Shown: piece after piece, positions 1-14,000 of the stretch | How the letters are laid out: every line of letters begins with the position of its first letter | Position numbering within the stretch: position 1 is the stretch's first letter | Source: Thalia democratica | Lineage: Eukaryota | Reading direction: 5' to 3' | Length of the DNA: 64,000 bases | Assembly: GCA_965202585.1 (NCBI GenBank) | Contig: OZ241830.1 | Coordinates: 44,392,001-44,456,000 of the forward strand | The notes under the pieces: generated by a model | What the model was told of the DNA's origin: nothing | Databases searched by the model: none | Seen by the model: the letters and a program-made list of their open reading frames with translations, nothing else | Translations under genes and position numbers: made by a program

Positions 1-30
1 CGTGTTTTTACTTGTACATGCATGCAGAGT

Positions 31-482
31 TTCCAGTAATCAAGAAATAAATAAACCTAGAAAATTAACATTTTTTTAAATTTTACGTAAAAAATCATGC
101 ACGAATATTTATAGGTAATTTGTTTTGAAAGTATTGTTATATGTTTCGAAAAATAGCAACTTTAGTACTATTACACTGCCAGTATACTTAAAGTCTGTCT
201 GATTTGCATACCTGATGAGTCGCAATAATTTTTTTTCTTATTATTTTAAATTCTAATTACTAAAAATTAACTTATAACTAGTTTTTAATATGGTGTGAAA
301 AGTCAAATCAGACTAATCTTTACGTATACTAGCCGTATAATAGTACTAAAGTTGCTATTTTTTGAAAATTAAAACAATATTTTCAAAAAAAGTTGCCGAC
401 TAATATTCAACCACGACAAATTAAGTTGAACAAACAAAAAACAATAATTTTCCGGGTTTATTTATTTCTTGATTTCTGACAA
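31..482. mobile_element. MITE-like long imperfect inverted repeat
   Basis: Arms at about 31-215 and 298-482 share AATCAAGAAATAAATAAACC and AAAAATAGCAACTTTAGTACTATTA in inverted orientation. Confidence 0.6.
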
Positions 483-2040
483 CTACCATACAACTACCAT
501 ACATTATACAAGTCTGTTTTAGATTTCTGGCTCATTTTATGTTTTAAATGTCGAATTGCTATAAAACTTTGTTTTTTGGTTTGTTTACAATAGTAAATAT
601 TGTAAATTAATGACTTGATTAGAAAATAAGATAAGTTAATTGAAAATATGCAATGAACTCAAGTTTTCCTCTAGAACTTACATAAAATTTTAAATTAAAG
701 CAATATTTTTAAAAGTTATGAAAAGACTATTTAAAGTAAGTTGAACTATTATTTGCTTATCTTTATAAAACTTGATAATTTTATTACTAAATAAGATTTC
801 AGTTAGTTGAAATCAAAATGATGTGCTAAAAATAGGTAGTTTACTCATTGACTTAAGCAATGGTCTTTTAGCTTATTGAAATATGTGCTCAATAAATTGG
901 AATAAAAAAATTTGTGAACCTAAAGCTCAAATTTCCCCACAAGTTTTATTACTATCATTGTTTTTATTTTTTCTTTCATCCTAAACTCTAGAATGTTTAG
1001 TGTAAATTTAATAATTGTTTTGATATTAGTGTGCATGGGTGCACAATATGAAGATCACAGGACTGAACTATTATTATTTTTCATACAAAGTACATAGATT
1101 TTAAAAGTTGTTTTATAAGATTTTTTATTTTACTTCAACTTTTAAATGTGAAAATTTGTAAAACTTGAAAAAGTAAACATTTTAAGAGCCTCCTACATTA
1201 ATATATATTTCAAACCAGAATTAGAGTACTTTAATTTACCAGAATTACAAAAAAATCAGTTAAATGTACAATTTAGTACATGTATTAAAAATGTCACAAA
1301 TGTCAGAGCTGTACCGTAAATAAAATATCTATGTTTGTTTCCTCAAAGTATAAGCCATTACCCAAAACACTCTAAAACAAACAGTTCTTTAGAGAAACAG
1401 TTCAAATTCTGCAGGATTGTTTTCAAATGTTTTACATAGTATACATTTGTTCTAACTAAAGTAGTATAAATTTCATGACCATCTAAATCTAAAATTCACC
1501 TCTATTTGTCCAGTTTAATTTTGTCAGGTAAAAAAAAACAATTTAATGCTGAAAACTTATGAATACTTATATGCATACTTATATAATATATAACAAATAT
1601 ATATTAAAAAAAATATTTATGTTTAAATCAATTTTTAAATGATGACTATACATCAAAAACAAATTAAATACTACCCAAACTAAATGAAAAACATTCAAAA
1701 AAACATGGTATTTTAAAATGAGTTTGAAAATTTGCTTTTTACTTGTTGCTATTATTTGAGTATTTTAGACAAGTTTTTATGAAGTTTAAGAAATTGATTT
1801 TCCATGTAAAAAGATAAATATTTAATTTAAGGAACAACTTTTACATAATAAGTATCTCTAAATACAGTTTAGATAAAAATACTTTTTAATAAATTTATTT
1901 TCAAGTGTACTAATTTGCTTCAAAAGTTGGTGAATTTTTAAACTCTGCTGGTTGATACAATAAAGCAGTGGTACTTCAAAGTGTGCTCAAAATTTATTTT
2001 TTGGTGCATGAATCCTAATTTCAAAAATTATCCTAAATTT

Positions 2041-2222
2041 TGAAACTTACACTAGATATACTGGAGTTTGTGATGAAGAGCAAAAATAAGTCTCATGTGT
2101 AATTAAGGCTAATTTTGAAACTTCCACTAGATATTAAGATAAAATTAAAAAAAACTTTCACTAGATATTACAGGAAAATTTGAAACTTATTCTAGACATT
2201 CTGGAGTTTGTGATGAAGAGCA
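2041..2222 (+). repeat. Short local duplications
   Basis: CTGGAGTTTGTGATGAAGAGCA twice; GAAACTT..ACTAGATAT-like unit about four times. Confidence 0.6.
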
Positions 2223-4611
2223 CATTGGGGTGTACATAATTTTATTTTGTGATTTAGGGTTAGCTTGAAGACCATTGCAATAGGGCATACAACTAAGAAA
2301 GCTAACTTAGGTTAAGGCTGGTTTGATAATTAAAAAAATTCATGCTAACTTTAAAAAGTTTAATTTTTTGAAAAACTATGACTAGTTATAATTTTTGGTT
2401 GAAAAAATTAGGAATTAACTTAAAAAATGTTTTACATTAGGCTGGTGAAACTTCAAATAAGTTTTAGTTGGTTCAGTTTTAAAAATTTGGATGTTTTATA
2501 GTTAACTTATGTTTTACTTCTACAACTTGGATTTGTTATTTTTGGAGTTTTAATTTTTATTATTGGTTTGATTTAATTTTATATTAAATTAATAATTATT
2601 GTTTGAAAATATAGTTTTAGCAAGTAACAGATATCTAATAGTGAAAAATTTAAGTTGTCATTATACTTGTAATGTATACGCTCAACTATATTTTTGTGAG
2701 TTAATAAAATCGAAAATAATTTGATAGATCAAAGTATTTGTTTTATTCAATAGTAATTTAATTAAGATTAGTTATATAATAACTATAACTTCAAGTCAAA
2801 AAATCCTTTGTTAGTCAATAAAAGTTTACAAGTATAGAAGTTGTTAATATTTTCTAAACTTCAAAAGTGTAGATAAGTGTGATCTACTCAACTATTTTTT
2901 TAGTTTAAAATTTTTGCAGAACAGTTCTTAAATTCTTTCTATTAAAGGTCTATAAATTAAGGTGCTACTAATTTTATAAATTTTTATAAATATATAATTT
3001 CTTTGTATAAAAATATTACAATTAAATCACTTATTCTAAAGTTACTAAATTTGTAAATCCTTCTAAATATGATTCAGAATTTTTATATAAAAGATAAATT
3101 TGACTATAAGACAAAATAAAATTTTACATAACTTAAAATAAAATTGAAAAAAAGTTTACACCTTTACCCTTTGTAGATAAAATGTTTTTATGTTTACAAT
3201 GTATTAAGCTTAAAAAATCAACTCGTTGTTTATCTTTTACAAATAAAGTAGTTAAAGTGTTTACATACAAAAGGAATTTGTTTCTAATTGATATTTTTGT
3301 TTGAATATGTTAAAATTTATGTGCATACAACTTTCACTGATAAATATTTTTTGTTATCAATACTTGTTGACATAACAATTTATTGTTTGCTAGTTACAAT
3401 AAGTATGTATATACATTCTTAAAATTTATTTAAAATTTGTTATTACAACAAGACCCTAAAGTTTTTGTACATATGTCAAAATCATTTTCCACTCAAAATT
3501 ATTGGTCTAAAAAATACCGCATTGGTGTTTTAAACTTTATTTTTTTGTCTTCGCATTTAAGATTAATCAATTGTGGTGCATTGGCATCAATTATGTAAAC
3601 AGGAATAAAATATTAGTTTTTAACTAAATTAACTAGACTTTTTATTTTGATAATTGAAACCAAATTAATCTATAAGTTTAAGTTTTATTACAATTTTTTT
3701 CTTATTAAGTATACAATAAAATAATTTAAGTTTAACAGTTTTTACAAATATTTAAAAATATTAGATGTAAAAGTTTAATAAAATGTTTTGATATATGTTG
3801 TATATATAAATAATCTCTTTTTATTATGTATAATTAGTTGATATTCTCTGATTTTCTTTAATTATACAATACTTAAAGTTTAATAACTGAATTTTTAAAA
3901 CATATGTTCTTTGTTTTGAAATAAAAAATATTTTATTTTGTGATAAAAAAATGTGATATATTAGTTTAAACTTTCTTTATTTAAAGAGTTTTGTAAGAAT
4001 TAATTAGTTAACATAAAAAATAAAAGTTTCTGTAAAGAAGATTACAACAAAAATCTTGTAACAGTTTTTACAAAATGTTAAACTTTATTTAATTATAATA
4101 AATAATGCTATTTCAACAGTTAAAAAGAAGTAAGATTAAAATTTTAAGAAGGTATCAATTAAGTAGTATTCAAGTAGAAGCCTCTTTAAAATTTTATAAT
4201 CACCAACATTTAAAGTATTAAATTAAGTTCAGCTTTTTAAAATGCAGTTTGTAAGTAGATAACATTTTATAATGAAGAAAAACAACAAAGAAAACTTTTC
4301 TAAAGATAAATGTTCTATTTATTAGAAAAATGTGAAAAAAAAGTTAATTTTTTACCACTCTAAACATTAAAGCTGTACTTTTGAATATATAATAGTTTTT
4401 ACATATATTATTTAATATAAACAGTTAAACTTTTATCAAGTAAAACAGAACTTTGATTTACAATTTGTTTTTTAAAACTAGTTAAAGAAAAACTTTTAGT
4501 CAAACTAAAATCATACTTTTCAAAACAACATTTTAAAATCTTTGTTTGATCACATTCTAATTTTAAAAATACTCAGTTCACAGCTTACTGGTTGTTTTAT
4601 TCGATATTAAC

Positions 4612-5045
4612 ATGTTTTCAATTCAACAGTCAAAAGAAAACAGTATCAGCTCGAAATCAAACCATGTGCAGCCAGTCTTGTCAAAAACATCAATACCAAC
4701 TCAAACTGGAAGCCAAGTTTCTATATCTATTCAAAATGAAAGTGAAAACTCTACTAATAATGATAGTAAAACACAAGTTAAAGCAACAAAATTAAGTTGC
4801 TTTAATACAACAATTTCATCATACAATCGTTATTTGCTTATGTTTTATAATGTTTCTTGCTTAATAATTGCTGCTACTACCATTTTACATTCATACATGT
4901 TTTATTATAGAAGAGATCATTATCTGTTACCAGTATTTTATAGAATATCTGATTTTTTCTATGGATTTGTTGTTTTTTTACGTTTACGCACTTCTTTTAC
5001 TAAAAATGGTCTTGAAGTTTTTGATCAACGAAAGATATGGAAAAG
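4612..5045 (+). CDS. CNGK exon 1: N-terminus, repeat I S1-S2
   Basis: ATG at 4612; ...[24 protein letters not shown] is a CNG/EAG-type S2-S3 linker; donor GTTTGC at 5046, phase 2. Confidence 0.8.
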
Positions 5046-8000
5046 GTTTGCTATTTGTTATTATTTTTATCAGTTTCTTTCTTATTTATTTCAGTAAGGC
5101 CACTAAACCTGGAACTCTGGAAAAACGTAGAGTTTTTTTATTTAGGCTAAAAAAACCTGGAATTAAAAAAAAAATTTAAAAAATAAGTAGTGAAATTTAG
5201 ATTTGACACAAAAAATCTATCATAAACCCAAGTTTTTTTTATCATCAAAACTTTTTTTCTATTAAGAAAACACATTCAAAGTAGCTTTACACTCACAGTA
5301 TCTTTTCAATATTGTTATACTTTTTAACACACATGGTTGCCAAAAAACCTGGAAAAACCTGGAATTTTGAACAAAAATCACTAAATAATCTGGAATTTTA
5401 ACATGTTTAGTAGTAGAATTTGATTTGACAGAAAAAATCTGTCATATATTTATAAATAACATTTTTTTGTCAGCATCAAAATTTAAAAATTATTAAAAAA
5501 CACATTTAAAGTAGCTTTACAGTATCTTTTTAATGTTTTTATACTATTTAACACAGTTTCTTATCTTAAAGCTTAATTTTAAACTAAAAATAGACCCAAA
5601 AATGTGTACTTGCAAAAACCTGAAAGAAATTTCTAAAGAACTAGTGGCCACCCTGTTATATGATTAGTTATTTTTTTTATATAAGCAAAAATTGTATTTG
5701 AAAATTTTTATGTTGCTTAAAACCATATTTAAAAACTACTTATCTTAAAGTTAGTATATATTTTTACTTTAATTAGTTTTATGTGCAAAAAAAAAAACAC
5801 ATAGTAAATGTTTAATTACTATGATTTCAAGGTGTCAAAAACAAGTATATGTTTGGTTAGACATTATACCATACTTACCAATAGATTTTTTTCGCTGGGT
5901 GTTAACACCAGGGTCATCCTATGAATCTTGGTATTTAAAAAGTCACACAGTTATCATTTATATAAGACTTCATTTCATATTTGCTTATTTAGGTGAGTTT
6001 CAGTAAAAGTTAAATTAAAAGTTTTAGATTTTTAAAAATTATGTTAAAACAGTTGTAAAAAACTTAGTTAAATAATTTAAACTTACATATGCCTTTTTTA
6101 TAGCATTTTCATTTTATCAATAATTTTTGTCCAAAACTAGATAATTTTTATTAAAACAACAATTATCTTGTGCCTATATATGTTTTATTACTTTTATTTA
6201 TTTTTTGAGTCTTAAAATTACTTGTTTAACTACATTATATGTAGTATGATAGTTATATAAGTTTGTAAAAATACTTCTTAGTAATAATTTTACAGATTAA
6301 AAATAGAAATTATGGTTTGATGCAAAAAAAAAAATCAAAATATAAATTTAATATTTTGATGTTTAAGCTAATCAAGTAATTCAAAGTTAATTATAATTAC
6401 AAGTTAAGTTTTTGTTAAGGATTTGTTGAAAAAAAGCCTGGTTCTAACACCTACCTGTTTAGAACAATCAAATATTTGATATGTATCTTCTTACTTCTTC
6501 ATTTTTGCGCTTGTTGGTTTTTTAATATAGCATGCTATCCTACTAATGTTAATGGAGATTTAATTGAGTTATGTGTCCCTAATTCCTGGTATCAGAACTT
6601 TAAATTTGGTTAGTTCAGTCTTTGTTTTTATTTGCATTTCATATATTTGAATGTTATTTCAAGCAAATTATTAAATATAAAGAAAGTTTATAATTTATAA
6701 AGCAAGTTTCTTTTAATTTTTCTAAAACTAATTGTCATAAAGAAATAATTTTATGTATACTATTATAAGAAGGTTTGTATTAGATTTCAGATACCATTTA
6801 AAACTTTGTATAAATAAGCAAAAACTACTCATTTTACTTCATTTTCAATTTTCATAGTATACAGACGTTTTTAACTTAAAGTTTATGTCCTTTTTAAGTG
6901 ATAAAATAAATAAAACATTTTTATTAACTTAAATCTAATTTGTAAACATCATAGTATCTTAAACTTAATAATAAGTCCCTAACTTAGTGTGTAAATTTGA
7001 ATACATATCTTTACTTGTTAATGACAGAAAGTAATTGTTGAAAAAGTTTGTATAAAATAAAAATATAAAGGTTATGATTAATTTATGATTTTTATATTAA
7101 GTTGCAAATTGTACTTAAGAACTAATTTAAACTATATACTTAATTTTCTGAAGCATACCTTTAATTAAAGTTACTTGCATTTTAATGAAATATTTACTTG
7201 TTTGCAATTAGCTTTTAAATGACTTCCAAGTTTCACATGATAGTTTATCTACTTTAAGGTATGTTTTTACAATAAAGAAAAGTAAACCAAAGTTAGTGTT
7301 ATGCTTTTAAATCTATTAAACTTATCTATTTAATAAAAATATTTCTACCTACAGAAAAGATGTTTCTGTTCAACAGAATATCAGTGCAGTTAACAAGCTT
7401 TGCTAAAAACAAGTTTAGCATAAGTATTTTGACAAAATACACAGCCAGCCTGTATTGGGCCACTGCCACTTTGACTTTCACAGGGTATGGAGATGTGAGA
7501 CCTAGTAGTTTATTTGAAAAGTTCTTTAGTGTCGTAGTAATGCTTTCAAGTCAGTTTTTGCTGTATATTTATAAATTTACTGTTAGCTAGTACACAAAAA
7601 ATAAATTAACTAGTGAGTTTAGAAATAAGTTGCTTATTGCTAACTTCTTTAATTATTTAACTATTAAAAAAAAAACTATTACTTGTTGTTAGACGAAGCA
7701 TATATTTTTGTTTTAGTACTTTTGGAAGTTTATTTACTATCTCATGTTGCTTAAAAAAGTTTTTTAAATAATGGAATTGCTATTTTGAAATCACGCTTAG
7801 ATCTTTAACAAACAAATTATCCAGTAAAAGTTTTGACATGTAAAAAAAAACTTTGAATTGAAAAATTAACAGTAATAAAATTTACAAAAATGTTAAGAAA
7901 TTAAATTGAATTCTATAATATTTGTAAACATTTTCAGGTATGACACTGGTGTTTGGAACAGTTCTGAGTGGAATGTCCTCAATGATTAGTAATTACGACA

Positions 8001-11000
8001 CAAAAAGATCAGTATTTTCACATCAATACAAAACTTTTCTTTCTGAAGTGGTTAGTAATTGCAAGTAATTCATATTAAGTGTACTTAGAAAATAAGAAGT
8101 CTCAATTTGAGCTTAACATACGATAGAAGGTTTTGAGAATTTGTAATGTAACATTTTTGACTGTTAAAATCATCAGATTTAGTAGATTGAAATAAAACTA
8201 ACAAATCTTATTTTGAGTATGCATTTTTTAATAAAAAGGATTGGAAGCATTCTAGAAAGAATTAGCTAACGTATTTTTCAAAAACGCCCCGTAGAACCTA
8301 TTTATAATTTTTTTATTACTTTTTTAGTAGAAAAAACTATTTTTTATTGTTAAAACTTTGTATTTAAAATCTACATATAATATGTTTTGGTTTTAAGAAA
8401 ACAAATAGAGAGATCTCAACTGCTGGAGGAGAAGTAATATATTTATTCTTTCAAAAATTTATTTTACAAACTAAGTTTCGGTCAAAGACCTCTTCAGTGC
8501 TTAAATAAATCTTATTCAAATAGAATATTCAAATATTTAAAATCTACTAAATATCTACAAGCTGTTAATAACGAAATAAAATAAAATAGGATTTAAATTT
8601 GTCTTATTTTTATGATTAAAAAAAATATTTGTGATATAATAAATGTATAGAGCAAAAATATTTTACTTAAAGTCCGATAACTTTTGTTTTATTAGAATTT
8701 TTTTCATTTAGTTTTCAATAGATACAACCTTAGACTACTTTAAAAATAAATATTTGTAGAGGTTCAAAAATATTGATTTTATAAGAAAATACATTCCCTG
8801 TTTCCAACTAAACGTGATTTGGGCTCACTGTGTATCATATACAATTTTTTTAATTATATTTTGAATTTATTTGTTATAAAACACATTTACTGTACATTTG
8901 TAATACTTTTGTACTATTAAAAACAGCTTTATACCTTAAAGTTAATTTTATACTAAAATTTGGCACAAAAACTTGTACTTTCAAAAACCTGGAAAGTTTT
9001 TTCAAAAAACCTTTAGCAACTCTGATTTAAAATAGAATAACCGGTTAAATATTTCAGTAACTTTTATTTGGTACAATGAAGTATATTAAAAAGGTGATTA
9101 AAATTTCTAGAGTCGGATGGAAGTCAGCGACACTGCTAGAGACTTGTGTCTCAAATACTTGGACTTCATATGGGACAAATACGAAGGCCCCTCTGTATTG
9201 GTTGATGGTACACTTATGGCTTTACCTGAAGCTCTAAAAGTTAAATTTTGTGAGGCAACTTACAAGAACTTTATTAATAAAGTCAGTATTGAGTCTTTTT
9301 TTGTTGTTTCTAGATTTTTGTTTAGCTTTTGAATTGATGTATAAGTTATGTTAGTCTATACCAGTGTACAAACTTATAATGAAGTTTTCGTAGAAAACTT
9401 TTAAATTTTTCAGAGTCACCATGTTTTTTAAAATAAAAATGTGTACATTTGTAATAATATAAGAATGAAAGCAGAAAATGATTCATTTAGAAAATTCATA
9501 AATACAAAGTGAAGCTTGAATTAACTTCTTAAAATTAATCAAATTCAATTTTAGGTAGAGCTTTTTGAAGGAATGGGCGAAGCTTTTCGAAGAAATTTGA
9601 CTCTTATAATCAGGCCTAAGATATACTTAGCAGGGCAATTTATTCAGAGAAGCGGTGAGATAGGTGACACTTTGTGTTACATTCATCAGGGTGTTGTAGA
9701 GGCTAGTTAAGTTGAAGTACACAGCTTAGGATACGTTTGAAAAAGTTAAGATGTTTATAAATTCTTTTATCCTTCATAGTTCGGATAAATATTTTAAAGA
9801 ATGATTTATTCTAAAATGTTTTTTTACATTTATATCTGTATTTATATATACAGTAAACTTGTTTCAACTGTTAAAATGGTTTTAAGTTTTAGTTCATTGT
9901 AAAATTATTTAAAGGTGTGTCACAATAAGTAATCAATATGAGGCTAGTCTTAAGATAGATAAAATTAATGAAAGGTAATTGTTTTGTAATAGATTTATGC
10001 TTTTACTCAAATATCTGAATACTAATTTTTTGTAAGGTAAAGGTTGTTTATCATACAATACTCAAATTTAATATTTAAACTCGATTATTTAAAAAAAGAG
10101 AAATAGATTTTACGTTCAAATTATCTTCTAGCGTTTCGGTAAATAGCATTTAAAACTCTTACGAATAATTAATTGTATAATTATTTATTTGATTATTTGT
10201 TATTGATGTTTAAATTTTAATTAACTACTTTTTAGTTATGTGAAAAATAGTTGATATATTAAATATGTTATAGTGAGAAAGTTATGGTAAAAGACCTACG
10301 ATAGATTTATAAGTTTATGATTATGGTAATTTAAGTTTAAAATGATAAATTATGAAGATATTTTAATATAATTGTGTTGTTTATTTTAAACAATTGGGTT
10401 TTTATTTTAGTAAATTTGCGTTAGGTACTAAAATAGTTATAAAAAATATATATTAACCGTTTATTTTTTAAAAATTTTATTGTTATTTACTGGTGGGTGT
10501 TAATTTTTTGACAGTTTTATAAACTAAAATTTGATAACACTTAGATATGAATTTAGACATTTAATAAAATAAAGTTTAATTAACTAAGTATTTATTCTAA
10601 TTTAGTTTAACGGAACACCTTACCAAATTATATTTGTCACTAAATCTAAAAAAGGAATACTTAAAATGTTTGGTTTTTTATACTCTTTGTTTTATCATTT
10701 AATTCGGGTATCATTTATAATGAGACTATTATGTTTTTATGCTAATAAGAGTAATTTAGTTTTTACTAGAACTTACATTTTAATTTTTTTAAAGATTTGA
10801 AATAATAAAATTAAAAAAGATTTTGCTGTCTGACAAAATATAAGAGGTTTAAATATAATCAAGCTTAATGCTGCATGTGTTCAATTTCCTGTAGCTAGTT
10901 GTTATTAAATTTATTTATAAAACATTGGTGGTTATGCTTATCTCTCTCAGTTTTTTGTAATCATACCTACTTACAAACTTTCCAAAAATTTTTTGTTATA

Positions 11001-14000
11001 TCAATTATGTAAATTTTTTTAAACATATTATAGTTATTAAAATGTTTTATAAATTATTCAAGTCAGTAAGAGTGATTTAAAGTTGTGTACACATTGAGTT
11101 TACATAGTATTAGTTTCGAAAATAGAAATACTAACCAAGTCTGAGCTTTCAAAAACTCACTTACGTATGCTAAAAATTATGTACTTTAAAATGTGCAAAA
11201 TATAGGATAAACTAAATTACTTACATTATTTTTCGTGGCTATTATTGATACAAATTTGTATAATTTAAATTATATATAGCGATTTAATTTTAACAAGTAA
11301 ATTTTAATATCGAAAAATATCACAGTTATATTTGTTTTTTTAGCCTGAACTTACTAATTTGGTTTTGTTAGAATAACGTTTTGAACTACTTTTAAAGTAG
11401 TATATATATGTAGTAAGTCCTTATTCTAAATCTTTTCAATAACATAGTATATAAAGTATGTTTAGAAGCATATTTTTGATTGTTTTGTACAATTAAAAAT
11501 TAATATAACTCAATTTGTTTTAAAATTATCTACAAAAGCGATATACTATAAGAAATGCTAATGTTTATAACTTTATAAAAAAGTTTTTTGGATTTAAAAT
11601 ATATACCAATTTAGCACAAGAAAAAAAAGTACACACCCATGTATATAATGTAACTAAAAAATTGAACAACCTTTTTAGTTTTTGTAGAAATATTCTAACA
11701 CGTCAGCGAAACTCGATAAATTGCTTAAATTTACCAAAAATAAGATTATTTTTTAATTTTATTCAAAAATGAAAACTTTAAAATTAAAGGTTTATAAATA
11801 AATAAAAAGAAATATCTACGCAGTATAATAGTTTGCTGTACAATGATTTTGCAAAATGAAGTTTTGTTTTTACTCTATCGCACAATGTTGACTGCTGACA
11901 ATTAATAAGTTATTTTCTGTTGTTGTAATTTACACCTTCCATTCAAATGAGTACACAACGTACCTGTCACTAAAACCTTTGTTTATTACTTCAGACAACT
12001 CTTATATACGTCAGTAAATGACTTGCACAGCAAGATGATTTTATTTGTACACCAAACATGTTAAATATTTTTACCTCCTTATTTTTAAGGCGTCAAAAAA
12101 TTGAGTTAAAATTTAAAGAAATATTTTTTTAAACATTTATTGTGTATTGAAAACAAAATGTAATTTATTAAGTTAATTCATACATTGTGCGAAAATGAAT
12201 CAATGATATTGTTTTATGTTAGAATATTGCTGTAAAGAAACTATCTAAAATCTTTAAGACAAGCGCATTTATGAATTATTGCTGTTTTTAGTTGCTCGAT
12301 TTTTAAGTGATAATCGCTTTAAATTTATGTTAAACACTTAAGTTAAAAACTTCTCAAAATAACTTTAACCTGTAAAGTGCAAGTTTAGAAGCAAGCTAGT
12401 TTTAAAATAATAGTTCGATATTTTATATGAATTTAGTATAAAATATGTAGGAAAATGTATTTTATTCATAGTATTTTTTATTTTTTTTTGGTAATGTCGT
12501 CACAAAACTAAAAATCACGTGATTCTTAGCTTTTAATCTAACCATTTTATCATATCAAAGTATTTAAATTTCAGTTTTTTTAAATGTTTCAAAGTCATCA
12601 GTATATGACTTAAGTTTTACACCAATAAATTCGTTTTTACTTTTTAATATTATGAAATAATTAGTTGTAATTTAAGTTATTGTTAATACAATAATATTGT
12701 GATCAACACATTTTTAGTGTTCTATTTTCTAAGCATCATTAGTTTTATTCTAACTTTAAAAGGGCAAATATTTAAGTGCTTTAATTTTAATTTAAGTTCT
12801 GATAATAAACTGAATTCGGAAAAGTAGGTATAGCTTGCATAAATTAGTATTATAAATATAAAACTGAAATAATTTTAATTTAGACTCAGCATAAGTATAT
12901 ATCACTGTAGATTGCGACGAATTTAAATTCCCGAAAAGAATAAATTAAAACTTTGAGAAACAGTGTATCATATTTATCAAACATTTGATATACATATTAA
13001 ACCTTTTATGTAAAAGATTAAGTTTAATCTGTATCAACGCCAACAAAAAGGTATAATTTAAAGATAAGACGGCATTTCAAGTTATAAAGTAGTACACGTT
13101 TAAGATACCACTTCTGATAAAAAATTAAAATTTTTAGACGGTAAGTTTGTTTGATGCATTATAGGTGGGCAAGTTTCTTGTGTCTCAAAAAGTTTCGCTT
13201 GTAGGAGTTAAGAATTAAGTTCAATTATACTCTTCGTATTTGCTTTACCGAGGGTTATCTATCAAATAAATATTTAATTAGATTTATTTAAGAACTTAAC
13301 TGCATTCAATCGAAAACATATCTATAAAAAATTATTCAATTTTTTAATACTGCGTTAACAATAGCTTATTGTAGTATAAGTTTATTTCCTTATGATATAG
13401 GTTAGTTTTATGTATAAATTATAAGTTCAAAAAGAACTTGAAGACGACTTTTTTTTTATGCGCGTTCTAAAACTCCCAATTAACTTATTTGAAAATTAAT
13501 ACAAGTTACTAAAATAAACATAACTATATTTAAATTATAGTTTATTTTTTTATATACTAGTATAATAATTTTGAAATAGTTTGACTTTGGTTACCATAAT
13601 TACAAAGTCGTGAAATTATTAGTCATTTGTAGTTTACCTTTTGTAAGATATTCAGAAATACACATTTATATTAACTATTTTTTTAATAAACATGAGGCAA
13701 AAAAATAAGGTTGTTACACTAGTAAGCAAGTAAATAAATTATAATAAAAGCTACTTTAATACTAGTTTAATTTAAAATATAAAATTTTCGCCAAATCTAA
13801 TTCTAAAAACAAAACACAAATAAAAAAATGTATAAACTTTTATTAATTATATATGTTTTATGTATTATTTATTTTCCCTGGTACATTTCAAAATAACAAA
13901 AAAAAAGTAATAGCTAATGGAATGTGAGAAGTATTTTAGAAGTTAAACATTTTGCTACAATAGTTGATGACTAAGTTCGATTCTTTCAGATAGCATTTAA

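Noticed and set aside
210-240. CTGATGAG as a hammerhead core
   Set aside because: No stem II or GAAA follows
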